From Pseudomonadota bacterium (GTDB lineage Bacteria > Desulfobacterota > Desulfovibrionia > Desulfovibrionales > Desulfovibrionaceae): a stretch of 64,000 bases of DNA. A model generated the notes under the pieces. The model searched no databases. It saw only the letters and a list, made by a program, of their open reading frames with translations, and had not been told where the DNA came from. Shown here in pieces: positions 49,463 to 62,340 of this stretch (positions are counted from its first letter, which is position 1; the number at the start of each line of letters is the position of its first letter). The position numbers were made by a program, and so were the translations under genes. Location: positions 4,771-68,770 of the forward strand of contig JAEXRD010000149.1 in NCBI GenBank assembly GCA_023438245.1. Direction: 5' to 3'.

Positions 49463-50706
49463 CCGAAAAAATCCTGCAGGCCCACACCGACGACGAAATC
49501 TCCGGCGCCGGGCAGATCGTGAACTGCCGCACCACCCTGGTGCTGGCCAACGACATCACCGCGCCGCTGGCCATCAAATCCTTCAAGGGCATGGGCGCGG
49601 CCAAGGTGTTCGACAAGGACAAGGTGGCGCTGGTGTGCGACCACTTCACCCCCAACAAGGACATCGACAGCGCCGAGCAGGTCAAGGTGGTGCGCGACTT
49701 CGCCCGCGAGATGGGCATCACGCACTACTACGAGGGCGGCGACGTGGGCGTGGAGCACGCCCTGCTGCCCGAGCTGGGCCTGGTCGGCCCCGGCGACATC
49801 GTCGTGGGCGCGGACAGCCACACCTGCACCTACGGCGGCCTGGGCGCCTTCGCCACGGGCATGGGCAGCACGGACATCGCCGGGGCCATGGCCCTGGGCG
49901 AGACCTGGTTCAAGGTGCCGCCCACCATCCGCGTGGAGTTCACCGGCACGCTCGACCCCTTCGTGGGCGGCAAGGACCTCATCCTGCACCTCATCGGGCG
50001 CATCGGCGTGTCCGGCGCGCTCTACCGCGCCCTGGAGTTCGGCGGCAAGGTCATCGACGACCTGTCCATCGAGGGCCGCATGACCATGGCCAACATGGCC
50101 ATCGAGGCGGGCGGCAAGGCCGGGCTGTTCCCGGCGGACGCCAAGACCCTGGCCTACTGCAAGGCCGCGGGCCGCAGCGGCGACCGCGAGCTCAAGGCCG
50201 ATCCCGGCGCGGTGTACGAGCAGGAGCTTTCGCTCTCCGTCACCGGCATGCAGCCCCAGGTGGCCTGCCCGCACCTGCCCGACAACGTCAAGGGCGTGGA
50301 CGAGGTCAAGGGCGTGAGCGTGGACCAGGCGGTCATCGGCTCCTGCACCAACGGCCGCATCGAGGACCTGCGCGAGGCCGCGGCCATCCTCAAGGGCCGC
50401 AAGGTCAGCAAGCGCGTGCGCCTCATCGTGCTGCCCGCCACCCCGAAAATCTGGCGCCAGGCCATGGACGAGGGCCTGTTCGCCACCTTCCTGGACGCCG
50501 GGGCCGTGGTGGGCCCGCCCACCTGCGGGCCCTGCCTGGGCGGCCACATGGGCATCCTGGCCGGGGGCGAGCGCTGCATCGCCCCCACCAACCGCAACTT
50601 CCGCGGCCGCATGGGCAGCCTGGAGAGCGAGGTCTACCTCGCCAGCCCGTCCGTGGCCGCCGCCAGCGCCATCGCCGGCGAGATCATCAACCCGGCCAAG
50701 CTCTAG
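49447..50706 (+). CDS. leuC: 3-isopropylmalate dehydratase large subunit
   Basis: [28 protein letters not shown]. Confidence 0.96.
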   Translation: MSHTLAEKILQAHTDDEISGAGQIVNCRTTLVLANDITAPLAIKSFKGMGAAKVFDKDKVALVCDHFTPNKDIDSAEQVKVVRDFAREMGITHYYEGGDVGVEHALLPELGLVGPGDIVVGADSHTCTYGGLGAFATGMGSTDIAGAMALGETWFKVPPTIRVEFTGTLDPFVGGKDLILHLIGRIGVSGALYRALEFGGKVIDDLSIEGRMTMANMAIEAGGKAGLFPADAKTLAYCKAAGRSGDRELKADPGAVYEQELSLSVTGMQPQVACPHLPDNVKGVDEVKGVSVDQAVIGSCTNGRIEDLREAAAILKGRKVSKRVRLIVLPATPKIWRQAMDEGLFATFLDAGAVVGPPTCGPCLGGHMGILAGGERCIAPTNRNFRGRMGSLESEVYLASPSVAAASAIAGEIINPAKL

Positions 50707-50720
50707 GAGGTCGAGAACAT

Positions 50721-51221
50721 ATGCTGGTCAACGGAAAAGCGCATAAGGTCGGAGCGCACATCGACACCGACGCCATCATCCCCGCCCGCTTCCTGGTCAC
50801 CACCGATTCCGAGGTGCTGGGAGCCAACTGCATGGAGGGCCTGGAGCCCGGCTGGGTCAAGCGGGTGAACAAGAACGACATCATGGTGGCCGGGGAGAAC
50901 TTCGGCTGCGGCTCGTCCCGCGAGCACGCCCCCATCGCCATCCTGGGCGCGGGCATGCCCGTGGTGGTGGCCAAGAGCTTCGCGCGCATCTTCTACCGCA
51001 ACGGGTTCAACATGGGCCTGGTGCTGCTGGAGGTGGGCGACGACGTGGACAAGATCCACGACGGCGACGAGTTGGAGGTGGACACCGAGGCCGGGCGCAT
51101 CCACAACCGCACCACCGGCGCGGAGATCATCTGCGCCAAGGTTCCGCCCTCCATGCAGGAGCTGCTCGACGCCGGTGGCCTGGTGCCCTACGTCAAGAAG
51201 CGCCTGGCGGACAGGGCGTAG
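50721..51221 (+). CDS. leuD: 3-isopropylmalate dehydratase small subunit
   Basis: [28 protein letters not shown]. Confidence 0.96.
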   Translation: MLVNGKAHKVGAHIDTDAIIPARFLVTTDSEVLGANCMEGLEPGWVKRVNKNDIMVAGENFGCGSSREHAPIAILGAGMPVVVAKSFARIFYRNGFNMGLVLLEVGDDVDKIHDGDELEVDTEAGRIHNRTTGAEIICAKVPPSMQELLDAGGLVPYVKKRLADRA

Positions 51222-51227
51222 GGGGGC

Positions 51228-52304
51228 GTGGACATGAAAATCTGCGTCATGCCCGGAGACGGCATCGGCAAGGAGATCGTGGCCCAGGCCCTGCGGGTGC
51301 TGGACAAGGTCGGCACGAAGTTCGGCAAGCGCTTCGAGACGACGGAAGCGCTCATCGGCGGCGTGGCCATCGACGCCACCGGCGGGCCGCTGCCTGCGGA
51401 GACCGTGGCCCTGTGCAAGGCGTCCGACGCCGTGCTCCTGGGCGCTGTGGGCGGGCCGAAATGGGATACGATAGACCCGGCCATCCGGCCCGAACGCGGT
51501 CTGCTGGGCATCCGCAAGGAGCTGGGGCTGTTCGCCAACCTGCGCCCGGCCAGCCTGTTCCCGGAGCTGAAGCACGCCTGCTACCTCCGGCCGGACATCG
51601 TGGAGAAGGGCATCGACCTCTTGGTGGTGCGCGAGCTCACCGGCGGGGCCTACTTCGGCACGCCCAAGGGCGTGGAAGTGCGCGACGGCGAGCGCGTGGG
51701 CTTCAACAACATGATCTACGCCGAGCATGAGGTGCGCCGCATCGCCAAGGTGGGCTTCGAGGCCGCGCGCAAGCGCCGCAAGAAGCTCTGCAGCGTGGAC
51801 AAGGCCAACGTGCTGGACGTCTCCCGCCTGTGGCGCGAGATCGTGCTTGAGGTGGCCAGGGACTATCCGGACGTGGAGCTTTCCCACATGTACGTGGACA
51901 ACGCGGCCATGCAGCTGGTGCGCGATCCCTCGCAGTTCGACGTCATCGTCACCGAGAACCTCTTCGGCGACATCCTGTCGGACGAGGCCAGCGTCATCAC
52001 CGGGTCCATCGGCATGCTGCCCTCGGCCAGCGTGGGCGCGGGCAACCCCGGCCTCTTCGAGCCCATCCACGGCTCGGCCCCGGACATCGCGGGCCAGGAC
52101 AAGGCCAATCCGCTGGCGACGATCCTGTCCGTGGCCATGCTGCTGCGCTACTCCAGCGCGGACATGACCGCCGAGGCCGACTGCATCGAGCAGGCCGTGC
52201 AGAAGACCCTGCAGCAGGGCTACCGCACCGGCGACATCCGCGAGCAGGGCTGCAAATTGGTTGGCTGTGTCGCCATGGGGGACGCCGTTCTGGCAAACAT
52301 TTAG
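51228..52304 (+). CDS. leuB: 3-isopropylmalate dehydrogenase
   Basis: [37 protein letters not shown]. Confidence 0.97.
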   Translation: MDMKICVMPGDGIGKEIVAQALRVLDKVGTKFGKRFETTEALIGGVAIDATGGPLPAETVALCKASDAVLLGAVGGPKWDTIDPAIRPERGLLGIRKELGLFANLRPASLFPELKHACYLRPDIVEKGIDLLVVRELTGGAYFGTPKGVEVRDGERVGFNNMIYAEHEVRRIAKVGFEAARKRRKKLCSVDKANVLDVSRLWREIVLEVARDYPDVELSHMYVDNAAMQLVRDPSQFDVIVTENLFGDILSDEASVITGSIGMLPSASVGAGNPGLFEPIHGSAPDIAGQDKANPLATILSVAMLLRYSSADMTAEADCIEQAVQKTLQQGYRTGDIREQGCKLVGCVAMGDAVLANI

Positions 52305-52450
52305 GGGCTGCCCCGAAACGCGTCTTTTGCCCCCTGGGCTTCGTCACGAGGCGACCGTGGTCCAGGGCTGTACTGCAAGAGTACTATCCCTGGCCCTCGG
52401 TCGCCTCCTTCCTAGCCAGGGAACAAAATTCGTCGTTTGGGGGCAGCCCC
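52304..52450. repeat. Structured intergenic repeat (MITE/ERIC-like), copy B
   Basis: Perfect terminal IR GGGGCTGCCCC/GGGGCAGCCCC; nested stems; aligns with 29713-29860. Confidence 0.88.
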
Positions 52451-52484
52451 GTGCCGTCCCTCGACGTCAGCGATGTGAAAACCC

Positions 52485-52518
52485 AAGCGGGGGGCCGGAA
52501 TTCCGGTCCCCCGTTTTT
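52485..52518 (+). terminator. Intrinsic terminator after leuB and the repeat
   Basis: GCGGGGGGCCGG-AATT-CCGGTCCCCCGT followed by a T run. Confidence 0.75.
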
Positions 52519-52520
52519 GT

Positions 52521-53327
52521 TTACCAGGCAAAGGGCGGCTTTTCGTTGAACTCGAACAGGTAGGGGAAGGAGGGCGGCGGGGTCGGCTCGGCGCGGTCCA
52601 CGGCCAGCAGGAACTTGGGGTTCACCACCTTGAGCGAGGGGCCCTCGCCCTTGGATACGGCCCCCAGCGCGGCCTTGCCCTTGTCGTCCAGGGGCTGCAG
52701 GCTGCCGTAGACCTCCAGCCACTGGCCGGGCTCCGCGTTTTCCAGGCCCGTGGCCAGGAAACCCAGCTGCATGCTGTCGGCCAGGCAGCAGACCACGGCG
52801 GTGCGCGTGGCCAGGCCCAGGCCGTGTTTCACCAGCGCGGGTTCGCTGCCGGTCTGGATGCGCAGGGCCACGTGCCGGGGGTAGTCCGTGCGGCCCTTGT
52901 CCACCATGATGTACAGCTCCGCCAGGTTCAGGCGCGTGTAGCGCACGCCGCCGCGCTCCACCTCGGGCTCGGCCGGGATGTCCGGCTCCATCTGCGGCAG
53001 GGCCTGGGGCGATTCCTGCGGGGTGAAGGCCCCGGCGGGCGGGGCCTGGGTGGCCTGCTCCCAGGCATAGAGCGCCAGCGAGAGGAAGCCCAGCAGCACC
53101 GCCTGGCGGACCAGCCGACCCGCTGTGGCCCGGCCCGGCCTGGGCCGCAGCAGCGGAACCAAGCCCACCAGCGCCAGGGTCACGCCGCAGCCCAGGGTGA
53201 GCGGCTTGAAGCGCGGGTTGAGGAAGTACCAGTAGTGCTGCGAGAGCGCCAGCGCGGCCATGAGTCCGCCGAAGGCCATGAGGCACAGGCCCTCCATCCT
53301 GTCCTGGATCGTGTCGCGCAGGCTCAT
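52521..53327 (-). CDS. TIGR03943/DUF1980-like permease partner (YcgQ-like)
   Basis: Y.YFLNPRF, three N-terminal TMs, R..VVCCLAD, GQWLEVYG, P..PY; ATG 53327 overlaps the permease stop. Confidence 0.8.
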   Translation of the reverse strand: MSLRDTIQDRMEGLCLMAFGGLMAALALSQHYWYFLNPRFKPLTLGCGVTLALVGLVPLLRPRPGRATAGRLVRQAVLLGFLSLALYAWEQATQAPPAGAFTPQESPQALPQMEPDIPAEPEVERGGVRYTRLNLAELYIMVDKGRTDYPRHVALRIQTGSEPALVKHGLGLATRTAVVCCLADSMQLGFLATGLENAEPGQWLEVYGSLQPLDDKGKAALGAVSKGEGPSLKVVNPKFLLAVDRAEPTPPPSFPYLFEFNEKPPFAW

Positions 53328-54289
53328 GGCAGCACCCCGGTCAGGCCCAGCGCGGCGCTCAGGATGAAGATCATCAGCGCGGGCACGCAGATCACCGCCA
53401 GGGCCACCCGCCGCTTGAACACCGACAGGAAGGCCGGGATGAGCTTGAGGTCGAGCATGGGGCCCAGCACCAGGAAGGAGAGCAGCGCGGCGGGCGGAAA
53501 CATGGACAGGCTGGCGGCCACGAAGGCGTCGGCCTCGGAGCATACCGAGAGCAGCACGGCCAGCAGCATCATGGCCGCGATGGCGGGCAGCAGGCTGCCG
53601 GACACCAGCGCCAGCAGGCCCTGGGGCAGCAGCGTCTTGAACAGCCCGGCGGCGCAGGCCCCCAGGATCAGGTAGCGGCCCATGTCCAGGAATTCCTGGG
53701 CGGTGTGGCGCAGCACGTCGAGAATTTTGGCGGGCAGCGAACCCGGGGCCTGCTGCGAATGGTCGTGGCCGCAGCCGCAGCCGCAGTCCGGCCCGTGGTC
53801 ATGCCCGTGGTCATGCCCGGGAGCCATGTCCAGGGTGGGGCGCAGCAGCTCCAAGCCGTTTGTGGAGGCCAGCGCCCAGCCCAGCGCGGCCGCCGGAACA
53901 AGGGCCAGGCCCACGCGCAGCGCGGCCATGGTCCAGTCGCCCTGGAAGGCCACCACCGTGGAGGCCACGGACACCGGGTTCACCACCGGCGCGGCCAGCA
54001 GGAAGGGAATGGCCGTGGCGGCGGGCACGCCCTTCTTCAGCAGTCGGCGCACCACCGGCACCACCCCGCACTCGCAGGTGGGCAGGATGACGCCCGCCAG
54101 GCAGCCCAGGGCGATCTGCACCGCCACCGGGCGACGGCCCAGGCGTTCCAGCGCGCCATCGCCCACGAAAACCGCCAGGATGGAGGACAGCAGCGACCCC
54201 AGGAGCAGGAAGGGCGCGGCCTCCAGCACGATGGAGGTGACGATGGCGGAAAACGGCGCGGCGAAGCTGGTCAGGGCGGTCATGTCCAT
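53324..54289 (-). CDS. DUF318/ArsP_1 family permease (YcgR-like) with His-rich loop
   Basis: EAAPFLLLG, PTCECGVVP, GHDHGHDHGPDCGCGCGHDH, CSEADAF, GPMLDLK. Confidence 0.88.
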   Translation of the reverse strand: MDMTALTSFAAPFSAIVTSIVLEAAPFLLLGSLLSSILAVFVGDGALERLGRRPVAVQIALGCLAGVILPTCECGVVPVVRRLLKKGVPAATAIPFLLAAPVVNPVSVASTVVAFQGDWTMAALRVGLALVPAAALGWALASTNGLELLRPTLDMAPGHDHGHDHGPDCGCGCGHDHSQQAPGSLPAKILDVLRHTAQEFLDMGRYLILGACAAGLFKTLLPQGLLALVSGSLLPAIAAMMLLAVLLSVCSEADAFVAASLSMFPPAALLSFLVLGPMLDLKLIPAFLSVFKRRVALAVICVPALMIFILSAALGLTGVLP

Positions 54290-54308
54290 GCGAAGTCCTT
54301 GACACGGG

Positions 54309-54347
54309 GTGCAACTCTGTTGCATCAGGTGTGCAACAAAGTTGCAT
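54309..54347. promoter_or_regulatory. Tandem Zur boxes
   Basis: GTGCAACTCTGTTGCAT (54309-54325) and GTGCAACAAAGTTGCAT (54331-54347) match the deltaproteobacterial Zur motif ATGCAAC-N3-GTTGCAT. Confidence 0.85.
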
Positions 54348-54381
54348 GACGGCGGTTTAGCCGAATCCAGGAGCACCCGCA

Positions 54382-55275
54382 ATGAAAAAGATGACGACAC
54401 TGATTCTGGCGCTGGTTCTGGCCATGAGTTTCGCCGCCCAGGCCCAGGCCGCGCCCCTGCAGGTGGCCGTGGGCGTGGCCCCGGTGGCCTATTTCGCCAA
54501 AAAGATAGGCGGCGCGCTCATCCAGGCCACGGTGCTGGTGCCCGGCGGGGCCGATGCCCACACCTACGAGCCCAAGCCCTCGCAGATGCGCGGCCTAGCC
54601 GCCTCGGCCCTGTACCTCTCCACGGGCCTGGAGTTCGAGGAGGCCTGGGAGAAGCGGCTGAAGTCCGCCAACCCCAGGCTGGCGTACGTGCATGTGGCCG
54701 AGGGCGTGAAGCGTCTGCCCATGCCGGAGGGCCATGAGGATCATGGCCACAAGCAGGCGGGCAAGGGCCGCCACGACGAGGCGGAGAGCGATCCGCACGT
54801 GTGGGTGGCCCCCAGTTCGGCCAGGATCATGGCCGCCAACATCGCCCGCGCCCTGGCGGGGGCCGATCCGGGCAACGCCAAGGCCTACGAGGCCAACCTG
54901 GCGGGCTTCCTGCGCGAGGTGGACGCCCTGGACGCCCAGTTGCGCGGCGTGTTCGCCGCCGCACCTGCCGACAAGCGCGGCTTCCTGGTGTTCCACCCGG
55001 CCTGGGGCTACCTGGCCAAGGACTACGGCCTGACCCAGCAGGCCATCGAGTTCGAGGGCAAGGAGCCCTCGCCCAGGCGGCTGGCCGCACTCATTTCCCA
55101 GGCCAAGGCCAAGGGCTACAAGGTGGTGTTCGTGCAGCCGCAGATGAGCCGCCGCACCGCCGAGACCATCGCCCAGGCCATCGGCGCCAGGATCGTGGTG
55201 GCCGATCCCCTGGCCGAGGACTGGGCCGGAAACCTGAAGGCCGTGGCCGAGGGCTTCCGCTCGGCGCTGAAGTAG
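54382..55275 (+). CDS. znuA: Zinc ABC substrate-binding protein
   Basis: AHTYEPKP, His-rich loop, DPHVW, FHPAWGY, EGKEPS. Confidence 0.92.
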   Translation: MKKMTTLILALVLAMSFAAQAQAAPLQVAVGVAPVAYFAKKIGGALIQATVLVPGGADAHTYEPKPSQMRGLAASALYLSTGLEFEEAWEKRLKSANPRLAYVHVAEGVKRLPMPEGHEDHGHKQAGKGRHDEAESDPHVWVAPSSARIMAANIARALAGADPGNAKAYEANLAGFLREVDALDAQLRGVFAAAPADKRGFLVFHPAWGYLAKDYGLTQQAIEFEGKEPSPRRLAALISQAKAKGYKVVFVQPQMSRRTAETIAQAIGARIVVADPLAEDWAGNLKAVAEGFRSALK

Positions 55276-55284
55276 GGGCCCGGC

Positions 55285-55707
55285 ATGAACGCCAAGGATC
55301 ATCTGGAGCGTTGCGGTCTGGCCTCCACGGCGCACCGCGAGCAGGTGGTGCGCGCCCTGGAGGCGGGCCACGGCCCGCTCACCCCGCAGGATCTGCTGGA
55401 GGGGCTGGGCGGCAGCATGAACCGTGTGACGCTCTACCGCATCCTGGACCTGCTGGTGGAGCACGGCGTGGCCCTGCGCCACAATGCCGGGGAGCGCGCC
55501 TTCCGCTACTGCCTGGCCCAACCTCTCGGACAGGGCGGCCCCATGGGCCATGCGCACTTCCAGTGCACCCGCTGCGGGCGCACCTCCTGCCTGGACGTCC
55601 CGGCCCTGAGCGTGGACCTCTCGCGCGTGTGCGCGGGCCTGCCCATGCGCGTGGAGAGCGCCGAATGCCGCCTCTCCGGCGTGTGCGAGGGCTGCCTTAC
55701 GGCGTAG
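55285..55707 (+). CDS. zur: Fur-family regulator, probably Zur
   Basis: TLYRILD, HAHFQCTRCG, GVCEGC; follows znuA behind Zur boxes. Confidence 0.82.
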   Translation: MNAKDHLERCGLASTAHREQVVRALEAGHGPLTPQDLLEGLGGSMNRVTLYRILDLLVEHGVALRHNAGERAFRYCLAQPLGQGGPMGHAHFQCTRCGRTSCLDVPALSVDLSRVCAGLPMRVESAECRLSGVCEGCLTA

Positions 55708-55726
55708 GCATCACTCATTGCATGAG

Positions 55727-55766
55727 AAAGGCCCGGCCTGGAGCATCACTCCGGGCCGGGCCTTTT
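55727..55766. terminator. Intrinsic terminator between convergent zur and tautomerase genes
   Basis: AAAGGCCCGGCCTGGAG..CTCCGGGCCGGGCCTTTT. Confidence 0.8.
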
Positions 55767-55784
55767 GTGCGTGATTTGGCTCGC

Positions 55785-56174
55785 CTACACGTTGACCTTG
55801 TAGCCCAGGTCCAGCAGGTCGGCGCGCTGGCCGCCGCGGATGCCGAAGTTCACGCGCGGCTGCTCGATGAGCCGGATGAACACGTCGGTCTTGGCCACGC
55901 CCAGCTTTTCCAGGGCCTCCACGATGGCCTGGTAGATGGCCCCCTTGGTCTCCGGGGTGCGGCCCTCGAACAGCGCGATCTCGATGAGCGTGAAGGCGTC
56001 GGACTTGTCCGGCGGCAGCAGCCACTCGTCCCGGGCGTGCTCGGCCAGGCGGATGTAGCGGTCCGCCGGGGGCAGCTTCAGCGAAGAGGCGATGGCTCCC
56101 TGGATCGCCTCCAGCAGGGCCTGCTTCTGCTCGCTGCTGCGGCCTTTGACGACGCTGACCAGGGTGACGGGCAT
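55785..56174 (-). CDS. Tautomerase family protein
   Basis: N-terminal Pro after Met; GRS.EQK / GRT.ETK duplicated beta-alpha-beta; NFGIRGG. Confidence 0.88.
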   Translation of the reverse strand: MPVTLVSVVKGRSSEQKQALLEAIQGAIASSLKLPPADRYIRLAEHARDEWLLPPDKSDAFTLIEIALFEGRTPETKGAIYQAIVEALEKLGVAKTDVFIRLIEQPRVNFGIRGGQRADLLDLGYKVNV

Positions 56175-56204
56175 GGGGGAAGCCTCCGGAGGTTTGCGGG
56201 TTTG

Positions 56205-57668
56205 CTACAGGGTGGGCAGCCCGGTGGCGGGCACGGCACGCTCCAGCACGTGGGCGGCCTGGAGCAGCAGCGCCTCGTCGAAGGCCCGGCCCGTGAGCTG
56301 GAGGCCCACCGGCATGCCGCTCTCGCGGCCCAGGCCCACGGGCAGGCTCATGCCCGGCAGCCCGGCCAGGTTGGTGCTGATGGTGAAGATGTCCATGAGG
56401 TACATCTGCAGGGGGTCGCTGGTCATGGCGCCCACCTTGAAGGCCGTGGTGGGGCACACCGGCCCGGCGATGAGGTCGCACTGGGTGAGCGCCGCCTCGA
56501 AGTCTTGGCGGATGAGCCTGCGCACCTGCGCGGCCTTGCGGTAGTAGGCGTCGTAGTAGCCCGAGGAGAGCACGTAGGTGCCCAGGATGATGCGCCGCTG
56601 CACCTCGTCGCCAAAGCCCTGGGTGCGGCTCTTGACGTACATGTCCATGAGGCTCTCGGCGCTCTTGTCGCGGTGGCCGTAGCGCACGCCGTCGAACCGC
56701 GCCAGGTTGGAGCTGGCCTCGGCCACGGCGATGATGTAGTAGGTGGCGACGGCGTATTCCGAGAGCTTCAGGCGCACGGGCACGGTCTTCGCGCCCAGTT
56801 CCTCGGCCTTCTTCACCGCCGCGGCGCAGGCCTCCTCCACCTCGGGCGCCAGGCCTTTCTGCCAGTATTCTTCGGGCAGGCCGATGGTCAGGCCCTTCAG
56901 GTCGGTGCGTTCGGAAAGGGCGGCCAGGTAGTCCGGCACGGGCCGGTCCACGCTGGTGGAGTCGCGCTCGTCGTGCCCGGCGATGACCTGCAGGAGGCGC
57001 GCGGCGTCCTCCACCGTGCGGGTCATGGGGCCGATCTGGTCCAGCGAGGAGCCGTAGGCCACCATGCCGAAGCGCGACACGCGGCCGTAGGTGGGCTTGA
57101 GCCCCACGATGCCGCAGAAGCTGGCCGGCAGGCGGATGGAGCCGCCGGTGTCCGTGCCCAGCGCGCCGAAGCACTGGCGGGCGGCCACCGTGGCCCCGGA
57201 GCCGCCGGAGGAGCCGCCGGGCACGCGCTCCAGGTCCCAGGGATTCCTGGTGGCGAAATAGGCGCTGTTCTCCGTGGTGGAGCCCATGGCGAACTCGTCC
57301 ATGTTGGCCTTGGCGATGAGCACCGCCCCGGCCTTCTTGAGCCTGGCCACGGCGGTGGCGTCGTACACCGGGCGGAAGTTCTCCAGGATCTTGGAGCCGC
57401 AGGTGGTGGGCACGCCCTTGGTGGCCAGCACGTCCTTCAGCACCAGGGGCACGCCCCACAGCGGCTTGGCCGCGTCGGGACCGGCGGCGTCCAGGGCCTT
57501 GGCCTGGGCCAGGGCTTCCTCGGCCTGCACGGAGAGCAGGGCCCGCACCTTGGGCTCGGTGGCGGCCACGCGGTCCAGCGCGGCCTGGACCACCTCGGTG
57601 GCGGAGAGGGACTTGTCCGCGAGCTTGGCGCGGACCTCGGAAAGGGAGAGCAGGGTGGGGTCGGACAT
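56205..57668 (-). CDS. gatA: Asp/Glu-tRNA amidotransferase subunit A
   Basis: [48 protein letters not shown]. Confidence 0.97.
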   Translation of the reverse strand: MSDPTLLSLSEVRAKLADKSLSATEVVQAALDRVAATEPKVRALLSVQAEEALAQAKALDAAGPDAAKPLWGVPLVLKDVLATKGVPTTCGSKILENFRPVYDATAVARLKKAGAVLIAKANMDEFAMGSTTENSAYFATRNPWDLERVPGGSSGGSGATVAARQCFGALGTDTGGSIRLPASFCGIVGLKPTYGRVSRFGMVAYGSSLDQIGPMTRTVEDAARLLQVIAGHDERDSTSVDRPVPDYLAALSERTDLKGLTIGLPEEYWQKGLAPEVEEACAAAVKKAEELGAKTVPVRLKLSEYAVATYYIIAVAEASSNLARFDGVRYGHRDKSAESLMDMYVKSRTQGFGDEVQRRIILGTYVLSSGYYDAYYRKAAQVRRLIRQDFEAALTQCDLIAGPVCPTTAFKVGAMTSDPLQMYLMDIFTISTNLAGLPGMSLPVGLGRESGMPVGLQLTGRAFDEALLLQAAHVLERAVPATGLPTL

Positions 57669-57704
57669 GCGGTGTTCCGTCTCTTTGCTTAAAATTTCGA
57701 AGAA

Positions 57705-57989
57705 TTACACGATGCGCGGGACGATGAAGAAGGCGCCGTCGGTTTCGGGCGCGTTCTTCAGGATGTCCTCGCGAGGGACGAGCTTTTTCACTTCGTCCTC
57801 GCGCAGCACGGTGGTGTGGTCCACGGGGGTGTACATGGGCTCCACGCTGGCGGTGTCCAGCTCGCCGAGCTTGTCCATGTAGCCCAGGATGTCGCCCAGC
57901 TGGGCGGAATATTGCGCGATGGTCTCGTCGGTGAGCTCAAGGCGGGCCAATTTGGCCACCTTGGCCACCTCCTGGGGGCTGATCTTCAT
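57705..57989 (-). CDS. gatC: Asp/Glu-tRNA amidotransferase subunit C
   Basis: [18 protein letters not shown]...G.FFIVPRIV. Confidence 0.95.
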   Translation of the reverse strand: MKISPQEVAKVAKLARLELTDETIAQYSAQLGDILGYMDKLGELDTASVEPMYTPVDHTTVLREDEVKKLVPREDILKNAPETDGAFFIVPRIV

Positions 57990-58029
57990 TGCGTACTCCT
58001 TGAAAGCGCCGGGGCGCTCTGCATTCGAA

Positions 58030-60195
58030 TTACTGCTGCTTGGCCGCCTCGCGGGCCTTGCGGATCTCCTTGAAGCTGGAGGCGCGGTGCTCGCGGCGGT
58101 CGCGGGCCTTGGCCACGCTGGCGCGCAGCTCCTCCGGGTCCACCAGGGCCTTGCCCTCCTTGCGCGGGGCGAAGAGGAACAGGGCCTGGCTGGCGTGGCC
58201 GCCCGCGTCCCAGGCCATGGGGGCCAGGCTCCAGGGCAGGTCGCTGCCGGACAGCGCGGCCAGCCGGGCGTTGACCGTGGCGGCGTCCGGGGCCTCGTTC
58301 AGGCCCAGGCGCGTGGCCACCTGCACGAAGTCGTGCCCCAGGCCCACCCAGAAGTCCGCCGGGCCGGTGAGCTGCTGCGAGGCCGCCGAGCCGGGCGCGG
58401 ACTGGGCGGGCAGCTTGTCCAGCGCGGCCTGCAGGCCCTTGGCGCCGGGGGCCTCCGGCCACCACGCGCCGGGGCACACGGCCTGCTGGAAATAGGTGTC
58501 GTCCACTTCCTTCAGGCTGTCCAGGGCCACGCTCCACAGCTCCGTGCCCAAAAAAAGCAGGTGGTCGCCCTCGTAGAAGTGGAAGTTGGAGACCAGCATC
58601 TCGGCGTTGGCCCAGTCCTCGGGCACGAACACCGCGCCGAAGTCCGGCATGGGCAGGCTGATGTTCTTGTTGCCGCGGAAGCCCTCGGGCACCTTGAGCA
58701 GCGCGGCCACGCTCTGCTTCCAGCGCGGGTGGTCGTCCGGCGGGTAGGTGCCGTTGGCGGCGATGCGCAGGCCCTTGGCCTTGGCCTCCTCCACGAAAAT
58801 CTCGGCCATGCGCTGGCCGTAGCGGTTCTTCGGGGCCAGCACGGCCACGGAGCGGATTCCGGCGGTGTCGGCGGCGGCGCGCACCAGGGCGCGCACCTGG
58901 TCGCGCGGGCTGGGGAAGAAGCGCCAGGCGCTGCGGCCTTCCACCTGGGCCACCTGCGCCAGCTGCGCGGGCTGGCTCATGCCGATGTCCGGCACGAAGG
59001 CGAACACCGCGCGCTGGGCGGTGATGCCGGCCCCTTCCAGGGCCTTGTAGTGGTCGATCTGCAGCGGCCCGCCCACGATGCGGAAGTCCGGCGGCAGGGC
59101 GGCGAGCTGCTCGCGCCAGTCCGGGGCCTCGGTGTTCACGGTGCGGATTTCCACCGGCCTGCCCTTGGCGGCCAGCCGGACCTGGGCGGCGGAGGCCCCG
59201 CGCAGCACCTTCCAACCCGTGGGCGCGTAGCGGCCCGAGAGCGGCAGGGCAAGGGCCAGGCGCACGGGGCCGTTCTTGGCCGGGAGCATGGCGGAGGCGC
59301 CGGGGATGTCCGAACGCGCGCCGCCCGCCTGGGCCAGCAGCGGGGCCTGGGCCAGGGGCGAGGAGGCCAGGCCGGGGGCCAGCTCCGGGCGGGGGCCGGA
59401 CTCGGACTTGAACTGCACGGGCACGGGCTGGCCGCGGCGGAAGGCCTCCTGGCGGATGAGCACGTGGGGGAAGGCCCCCTGGCCGGAGTTGCCCACGATC
59501 TTGGCCAGGGCCAGCACCTGCTGCTCGGGCAGCTCGCGCAGGGCCTGGGCGTATTCCTGCTCGAAGGTCGCCTTGGCGGCGCGGTCCGGGGCCTGCCGGT
59601 GGGTGCGGGCCAGCACGTTCACGGCGCGCACGAAGTCTCCGGCGCGGCCGTAGATTTCGGAGAAGGCCATGGCCCCGCGCGCGCGCACCTGGAAGGGCAG
59701 CTCGGTGTGGGCGGACAGCCAGGCCTGGTGGTTGTCCACCAGATCGGGCCGGTCCAGCGCGCCCAGGGTCTTGATGTAGATTTCGTGCCAGCTCCACTTG
59801 GCCAGCACGGCGTTGTCCATGCTGGCCAGGCGGTCCAGGGCCTGCTTGGCCTGGTAGTAGTGGCGGCTGGCGAAGGCGGACTGGGCCAGGCGGTCCAGGG
59901 CCAGCATGCGCCCGGCGCGGTCCACATCCTCGCGCTCCAGCAGGCGGGAGTAGAGCAGCTCGGCCAGGGGCATGTTGCGCGCGCCGAAGGCCTGGTCGGC
60001 CTCGGCGGCCAGGTCCGGGGTGGGCTGGATGAGCGGCTTCTCCGGCTCCGCCGGGGTGGGATCGGGCAGGGGCAGGTTCAGGTCCGCGCAGGCGCTGGCG
60101 GCCAGCACGGACAGCAGGATCAGGGCCAGGACGCGCCAGGGGCGGGCGGTGGTCAAGACGCCGAAGGGGCGGTGGGCTTTGGGCTCGCGCTGCAT
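58030..60195 (-). CDS. LpoA/LppC-like lipoprotein (PBP activator-like)
   Basis: Lipobox ASAC; TPR-like N-domain; [14 protein letters not shown] and VGGPL periplasmic-binding fold. Confidence 0.78.
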   Translation of the reverse strand: MQREPKAHRPFGVLTTARPWRVLALILLSVLAASACADLNLPLPDPTPAEPEKPLIQPTPDLAAEADQAFGARNMPLAELLYSRLLEREDVDRAGRMLALDRLAQSAFASRHYYQAKQALDRLASMDNAVLAKWSWHEIYIKTLGALDRPDLVDNHQAWLSAHTELPFQVRARGAMAFSEIYGRAGDFVRAVNVLARTHRQAPDRAAKATFEQEYAQALRELPEQQVLALAKIVGNSGQGAFPHVLIRQEAFRRGQPVPVQFKSESGPRPELAPGLASSPLAQAPLLAQAGGARSDIPGASAMLPAKNGPVRLALALPLSGRYAPTGWKVLRGASAAQVRLAAKGRPVEIRTVNTEAPDWREQLAALPPDFRIVGGPLQIDHYKALEGAGITAQRAVFAFVPDIGMSQPAQLAQVAQVEGRSAWRFFPSPRDQVRALVRAAADTAGIRSVAVLAPKNRYGQRMAEIFVEEAKAKGLRIAANGTYPPDDHPRWKQSVAALLKVPEGFRGNKNISLPMPDFGAVFVPEDWANAEMLVSNFHFYEGDHLLFLGTELWSVALDSLKEVDDTYFQQAVCPGAWWPEAPGAKGLQAALDKLPAQSAPGSAASQQLTGPADFWVGLGHDFVQVATRLGLNEAPDAATVNARLAALSGSDLPWSLAPMAWDAGGHASQALFLFAPRKEGKALVDPEELRASVAKARDRREHRASSFKEIRKAREAAKQQ

Positions 60196-60218
60196 GGTGT
60201 GTCTCCCGGCCAGGGGCC

Positions 60219-60257
60219 AAAAAAAATCCCGGCCCGCGGAACACTCCGCAGGCCGGG
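60219..60257 (-). terminator. Intrinsic terminator of dnaK
   Basis: CCCGGCC.GCGGA..TCCGC.GGCCGGG stem with T8 on the minus strand. Confidence 0.75.
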
Positions 60258-60312
60258 TTGAGTTTACAGGCTCTTGCCCCGCAAGGCAAGCGCGCGGGCT
60301 TCGCGGTGTGGC

Positions 60313-62244
<1,932 letters not shown>

Positions 62245-62340
62245 AAAAACGAACCTCCGGTGGGTGAGGAATGATGTTCTGTTGAAAACTTTAGTAAGAC
62301 CGCTTTCGACGATGTAAAGGCCTTGCCCCGCGAGGGCGGC

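Noticed and set aside
56205..57989. gatC-gatA without gatB
   Set aside because: gatB is often unlinked, so its absence from the window is uninformative
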